From a bacterium (lineage in GTDB: Bacteria; Electryoneota; Electryoneia; Electryoneales; Electryoneaceae): DNA of 64,000 nucleotides. Of the stretch, positions 59,844 through 64,000 are shown piece by piece. Positions within the stretch are counted from its first letter, which is position 1. The number at the start of each line of letters is the position of its first letter. The notes beneath the pieces were generated by a model. It saw only the letters and a program-made list of their open reading frames with translations, was not told where the DNA came from and did not search any database. The position numbers were made by a program, and so were the translations under genes. The stretch is from positions 64,001-128,000 of the forward strand of contig CAXXKJ010000002.1 in assembly GCA_963675295.2 (NCBI GenBank), read 5' to 3'.

Positions 59844-60740
59844 ATGCTGAAGGGCAATCAGGAACGGTATGCGGAGCGCATCCTGCGGGTGCTGATCCAC
59901 ATTCAGGATCATCTGGACGAAGCGTTGTCGCTTCAGGATCTGGCTGAAGTCGCGAACATCTCGCCGTACCATTTCCACCGCATCTTTCGCGGCATGGTCG
60001 GCGAGCCGGTGCTTGAGCACGTCCGGCGCCTGCGGATGGAAAAAGCGGCGATGGAATTGTCAAACACCGATCATCGCATCACCCGTGTCGCGTTCGACGC
60101 CGGCTACGAGACGCACGAAGCGTTCACCCGTGCGTTCAAGGCGACCTTCGGCGTCAGCCCGAGCGAGTATCGCAAGCAGCAGCACGCCCAGCGTCCGGCC
60201 TCCCCCGCCAACGTTCACTACCTCACCGGCCACGGTTCGCTTCACTTTGATCCGTTAACCGAAAGGGTGGGACCGATGAACGTGGAAATTGTCCAGCGGG
60301 AAGAGCAACGTGTCGCGTTCGTGCGGCACATCGGCCCGTATGAAGAGGTCGGGACAGCGTGGGAGAAGCTGGTGCAGTTCGCCGGGCCGCGCGGCTTGAT
60401 GCGGAACCAGGCGTTCGGGTTATCGCATGACGATCCCGAGGTCACCGACGCCGGCAAGTTGCGTTATGACGCCTGCATCATCGCCAATGACGATACGCAA
60501 CCGGAAGGTGAGGTTGGTGTGCAGACGGTACCGGGTGGTACGTATGCCCAATTCCGGCATACCGGATCGTACAATGGGTTAAGCACGACCTACGCCGCAT
60601 TCTTCGACCAGTGGTTGCCGGACAGTGGGTATGAGGTAGGCAAGATTCCGTCCATCGAACAATACCTCAACGATCCGCGCAACACGCCGGAAGATCAGCT
60701 CGAAACTGACATTTTCATCTCCCTGATCCGGGCAGAATAA
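59844..60740 (+). CDS. AraC-family regulator with GyrI-like small-molecule-binding domain
   Basis: SPYHFHRIF, AFDAGYETHEAFTRAFKATFGVSPSEYR; GyrI-like HIGPYEEV, LRYDACI, EQYLNDP. Confidence 0.92.
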   Translation: MLKGNQERYAERILRVLIHIQDHLDEALSLQDLAEVANISPYHFHRIFRGMVGEPVLEHVRRLRMEKAAMELSNTDHRITRVAFDAGYETHEAFTRAFKATFGVSPSEYRKQQHAQRPASPANVHYLTGHGSLHFDPLTERVGPMNVEIVQREEQRVAFVRHIGPYEEVGTAWEKLVQFAGPRGLMRNQAFGLSHDDPEVTDAGKLRYDACIIANDDTQPEGEVGVQTVPGGTYAQFRHTGSYNGLSTTYAAFFDQWLPDSGYEVGKIPSIEQYLNDPRNTPEDQLETDIFISLIRAE

Positions 60741-60964
60741 TTCGCAAGCCCGCGCTGAAGTCCTCGTTGCGTATGCGAAACGCTGGTCGGGCGTTTGCAC
60801 CGACGAGCTTGCTCGTCGGGTTTCGTGACACTCAATCGGTTCACAGCCGATGCCGGCGCAAGCTCTGCTGGCGCGGATGATCCCAGACATGAATGTCTAG
60901 GGCATGTGCTGGTGAGGACGAATCATCCACGACATGAATGTCGCGGGCATAATTCGAGAAAGAG

Positions 60965-60999
60965 AGAAAAAGGGCGCTTTCGATCGAAAGCGCCCTTTC
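60965..60999. terminator. Bidirectional terminator hairpin
   Basis: AAAGGGCGCTTTCG-AT-CGAAAGCGCCCTTT between convergent genes. Confidence 0.7.
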
Positions 61000-61059
61000 T
61001 GTGTCGGGACAGTACAGTCAGTCGGCGAACGAACAACCGCCGTCAGACCGTGGTCTCGT

Positions 61060-63540
61060 TTAACGGACCAGCATCAGCTTGCGCACCTGCGGCGTCTGGC
61101 CGAGGGCGGTCGCACGCACGAAGTACATGCCGGACGCGTGGTTCTGCGCGTTCCAGTTGAGGCGGTGCGTACCCGGCTGATACGTACCGTTGGCCAGGGT
61201 GGCCACGAGACGACCGGTCACGTCGAAGATCTGCACCTTCATCTCGCCGGCTTCCGGCAACGTCATCTGCAGCGTGGTCGACGCGTTGAACGGGTTCGGG
61301 CTGGCGAACAGGCCGAAGTCGGATTCCACCGGCTTGTTGCTGTCAGCCATCAGCACCTCTTCCGCCGCCTTGGAACCGGCGATGCTGGTAGCGAAGTCTG
61401 CGACCTGGTTTTCGATCCAGAACACGCCGCCATCCACATCATCCTGACCGACGACGAAGTCCATGTCGCCGTCACCGTCCATGTCGGCCGTGGTGACAAC
61501 ATTGGCGAGGCCGATGTTGCGCGCGACCGGGGACTGGGTGAAGCTACCAGTACCGTCGTTGTTCAGCACATACAGACCCATCGGGTCGCTCCACAGCACG
61601 ACCGGATCATTGTCGCCGTCAAGATCGATGTCGGCGTAGCTGTGATCGAGGTGGCTGCTCGGTACGTTCAGGTGGAAAATGGTGTAGCCCGGATCGTTGT
61701 TCCGGTACCAGTTGAACTCATCGTCGAAACCAGTCAGCAGGTCGAGGTTATCGTCACCGCTGAGTTCCACGAAGAAACCTTCGCTCATGATGTGATCGTC
61801 GAGGGCAAAGTTGTTAAAGCCGCCGACACCGTCATTGACCATCAGTGTAAGGTACCGGCTCGGACCGTTCGCACGGCTGTTCAGCAGGTCCGGGAGGCCG
61901 TCACCGTTGAAGTCGCCGGCCTTGATCAGCGCGACCGTCGTCTGGGCGTATTCCGCGATTTCGTAGCGAACGAGGTTCGTCGGGGTCACCTGCTCGAACC
62001 AGTCGAAGCCGAGGTCGTAGCCAACGATGATGTCGTTGAGGCCGTCGCCGCTGAGGTCGGAAAACTCGAGCAGTTCCGGTGCGACGATCGACGCGAGCAC
62101 GATGCGCTCGAACGCGAGGCTGCCGGTCTGACGCCAGAACACCAGCTCGTCGACGGAATAGTCGGCGGCGATGATGTCCATCAGGCCATCATCATCCCAG
62201 TCGTTCAGCAGGAAGTCCGGGGTCGGCTGACCCATCACGAGGTCGTGCGACATCCAGCCATCGATACCCATGTTCTCCAACAGGTAGAAGTTGTCTTCCA
62301 TCGTGGAGATGCAGATGTCCATGTCGCCATCGCTGTCCATGTCGGCCGCTTCGATTTCACGCGCGGTACCGACCATGCCCATCACGCTCTTGGTGATGAA
62401 CGGCTTCAGCGAGGTGGTGTAGTACATGTGCAGACCCGCATCCGGGGTCGCAACGACGAGGTCGAGGTCGTCGTCCATGTCGGCATCCAGCAGCTCGATG
62501 TCGACCGGGGTACCGGTGACATTCGCGACATCGGAACGCTCGAACTGGTAGCTGCCACGGTTTTCGAACCCGACGATCGCGGCATCCGCCGTCGAGATCA
62601 TCATCAGGTCGTCGTCACCGTCGAAGTCCACGTCAGCCGCGCGGATTTCGTTGATGTTGTAGAGGTTGTCGTCAAGGGTAACCTCCACGAAACTACTGGC
62701 ACCCTGCACGATCAGCATCACGCGGCCGCTGTCCGGCATGCTGGCGACCATGTCGTAGTCACCGTCATTGTCAGCGTCGAGCAGCGCGATCGCACCAATG
62801 GATCCACCCGGGACAAAGATCGGCTGCCAGGTGAACGTGCCGGTGCCATCGTTGACCATCATGCGGACGCCACCGCGCCAGCTATTGGCCACCATCACGT
62901 CGAGGTCGCCGTCCATGTCGATGTCGGCCACTTCGATATCTTCCGGGTCGTTACCAGCCTGCACCGGATACTCGTGGAGGATCCAGTTGTCACCGTCACG
63001 TTCCGCGAAGTACACCACGTCGGTTTCACGGCGGCTGAAGACTGCGTCCGCATCGCCGTCACCGTCGAAGTCGCCACCGGCGATATCGTGGATACCGGAC
63101 ACGCCGCTGGTGATCAGGTCGCCGGCCGGGGAATCGGTACCGTCATTCTCGTACCAGCCCGCGCTGTTGAGGACGATGTTGCCGACGAGCATGTCGTCGT
63201 CATCGTCGCCGTCCATGTCGAACGCATCAATCACGAAACCACCGTGCGGGCGGAACGCGCCGAGCAGCGGCATCGGGTCAAACATGTCCATGTCAGCGTC
63301 ATACGTCCAGAACGCCGGGATGCTGCGCTGCTGACCCGGAACGTCGTTGGAGTAAATCATCGTGGCGAGGTCCATATAGTAGTCGCCATTCACGTCCGCG
63401 ACTTCCACCGCCGAGTAATTCAGAGTGTTGTCAAGGATTTCGGCGTCACTCCAGCCACCGAAGTTCTGAGCCATGGCGGGCACACACACCAAGCCCAGGG
63501 CAAAGATCATTGCCACAACAACCTGGGCACGAATCGACAT
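61060..63540 (-). CDS. Secreted FG-GAP/VCBS-repeat (integrin-like beta-propeller) protein with T9SS-A/FlgD-like C-terminal domain
   Basis: Signal peptide; many DxDGDGDxD Ca-binding repeats; SPNPFNASTT...ASGMYFVRA...RKLMLVR. Confidence 0.85.
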   Translation of the reverse strand: MSIRAQVVVAMIFALGLVCVPAMAQNFGGWSDAEILDNTLNYSAVEVADVNGDYYMDLATMIYSNDVPGQQRSIPAFWTYDADMDMFDPMPLLGAFRPHGGFVIDAFDMDGDDDDDMLVGNIVLNSAGWYENDGTDSPAGDLITSGVSGIHDIAGGDFDGDGDADAVFSRRETDVVYFAERDGDNWILHEYPVQAGNDPEDIEVADIDMDGDLDVMVANSWRGGVRMMVNDGTGTFTWQPIFVPGGSIGAIALLDADNDGDYDMVASMPDSGRVMLIVQGASSFVEVTLDDNLYNINEIRAADVDFDGDDDLMMISTADAAIVGFENRGSYQFERSDVANVTGTPVDIELLDADMDDDLDLVVATPDAGLHMYYTTSLKPFITKSVMGMVGTAREIEAADMDSDGDMDICISTMEDNFYLLENMGIDGWMSHDLVMGQPTPDFLLNDWDDDGLMDIIAADYSVDELVFWRQTGSLAFERIVLASIVAPELLEFSDLSGDGLNDIIVGYDLGFDWFEQVTPTNLVRYEIAEYAQTTVALIKAGDFNGDGLPDLLNSRANGPSRYLTLMVNDGVGGFNNFALDDHIMSEGFFVELSGDDNLDLLTGFDDEFNWYRNNDPGYTIFHLNVPSSHLDHSYADIDLDGDNDPVVLWSDPMGLYVLNNDGTGSFTQSPVARNIGLANVVTTADMDGDGDMDFVVGQDDVDGGVFWIENQVADFATSIAGSKAAEEVLMADSNKPVESDFGLFASPNPFNASTTLQMTLPEAGEMKVQIFDVTGRLVATLANGTYQPGTHRLNWNAQNHASGMYFVRATALGQTPQVRKLMLVR

Positions 63541-63918
63541 CGTTACTTCCTCCCGTTTACTATGGTGAGGTTCACCGGATTATCTCGAAAATTCTTCCTG
63601 TTAAACGAGCAAGTTTGTGTTTTTCGTAAAGCACTTGAGTGATCCCGCGCACAATTCCCCCTCGACCGCTCCGAGGCAGTCTCACAGCGGTTCAATCCGG
63701 GAAATCACTCACAGGACACGAAACTCCACCGCCAACCTCTCGGTGGAGAATCTCTCTCACACCCGATAATGTACGTTCGAAGTATGAACTTTGTTAGGAA
63801 AAGCCAATGAACACGCGGCTGAGAGAATGTTCCGCACCCATTGCCTCACAGCCGTTGCCGTGCGCATCGCGTCAATCTAAGGAAATCGCGGGAGGTTGAA
63901 AAAGCCTTAAATCCGATT

Positions 63919-64000
63919 CTACAGGTACCCGAGCTTCCGCAATCGTTCGCGGAGCAACTCGTCGTCTCCGTTGGTCGCAGCGGTCAAGGGAGGAATCCAA
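63919..64000 (-). CDS. C-terminal fragment of a gene entering from outside the window (sulfatase/alkaline-phosphatase-superfamily-like tail)
   Basis: Minus-strand translation ...NGDDELLRERLRKLGYL* matches the common RLRxLGY terminus. Confidence 0.55.
   Translation of the reverse strand, partial: WIPPLTAATNGDDELLRERLRKLGYL

Overview
GC-rich DNA from a diderm bacterium; three secreted proteins with 'PNPFNP...SGVYF...KMMLMK'-type C-terminal sorting domains suggest an FCB-superphylum lineage (inference). 1-14 kb is a minus-strand surface-polysaccharide locus: sulfotransferase, flippase, two GT4s, a D-glucuronyl C5-epimerase-like protein, a WbpA/WbpB-WbpD fusion/WbpE/WbpI-like diacetamido-uronic acid pathway and UDP-glucuronate 4-epimerase. 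PBP1A, LpxH, a PHP-domain membrane protein and a GT9 follow. The most unusual region is 24-31 kb: three tandem paralogous secreted beta-helix proteins, one interrupted by an in-frame TAG. Between two of them lies an ~800 bp non-coding array of eight 64-72 bp hairpins that alternate between a conserved and a variable type and show compensatory base changes. The rest holds housekeeping and signalling genes (FadD, MFS, atypical receiver, HD-GYP, CPA1, Mrp/DUF59, hybrid kinase, FTCD, three Csp, RNase R, CDF, AraC-GyrI), a dual-OB-like + 2x DUF488 candidate defence operon, four small membrane-peptide ORFs missed by the ORF track, and several REP-like palindrome families. No rRNA, tRNA, transposase, integrase, reverse transcriptase or cas gene was recognised. 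All calls come from reading motifs by eye; no searches were run.
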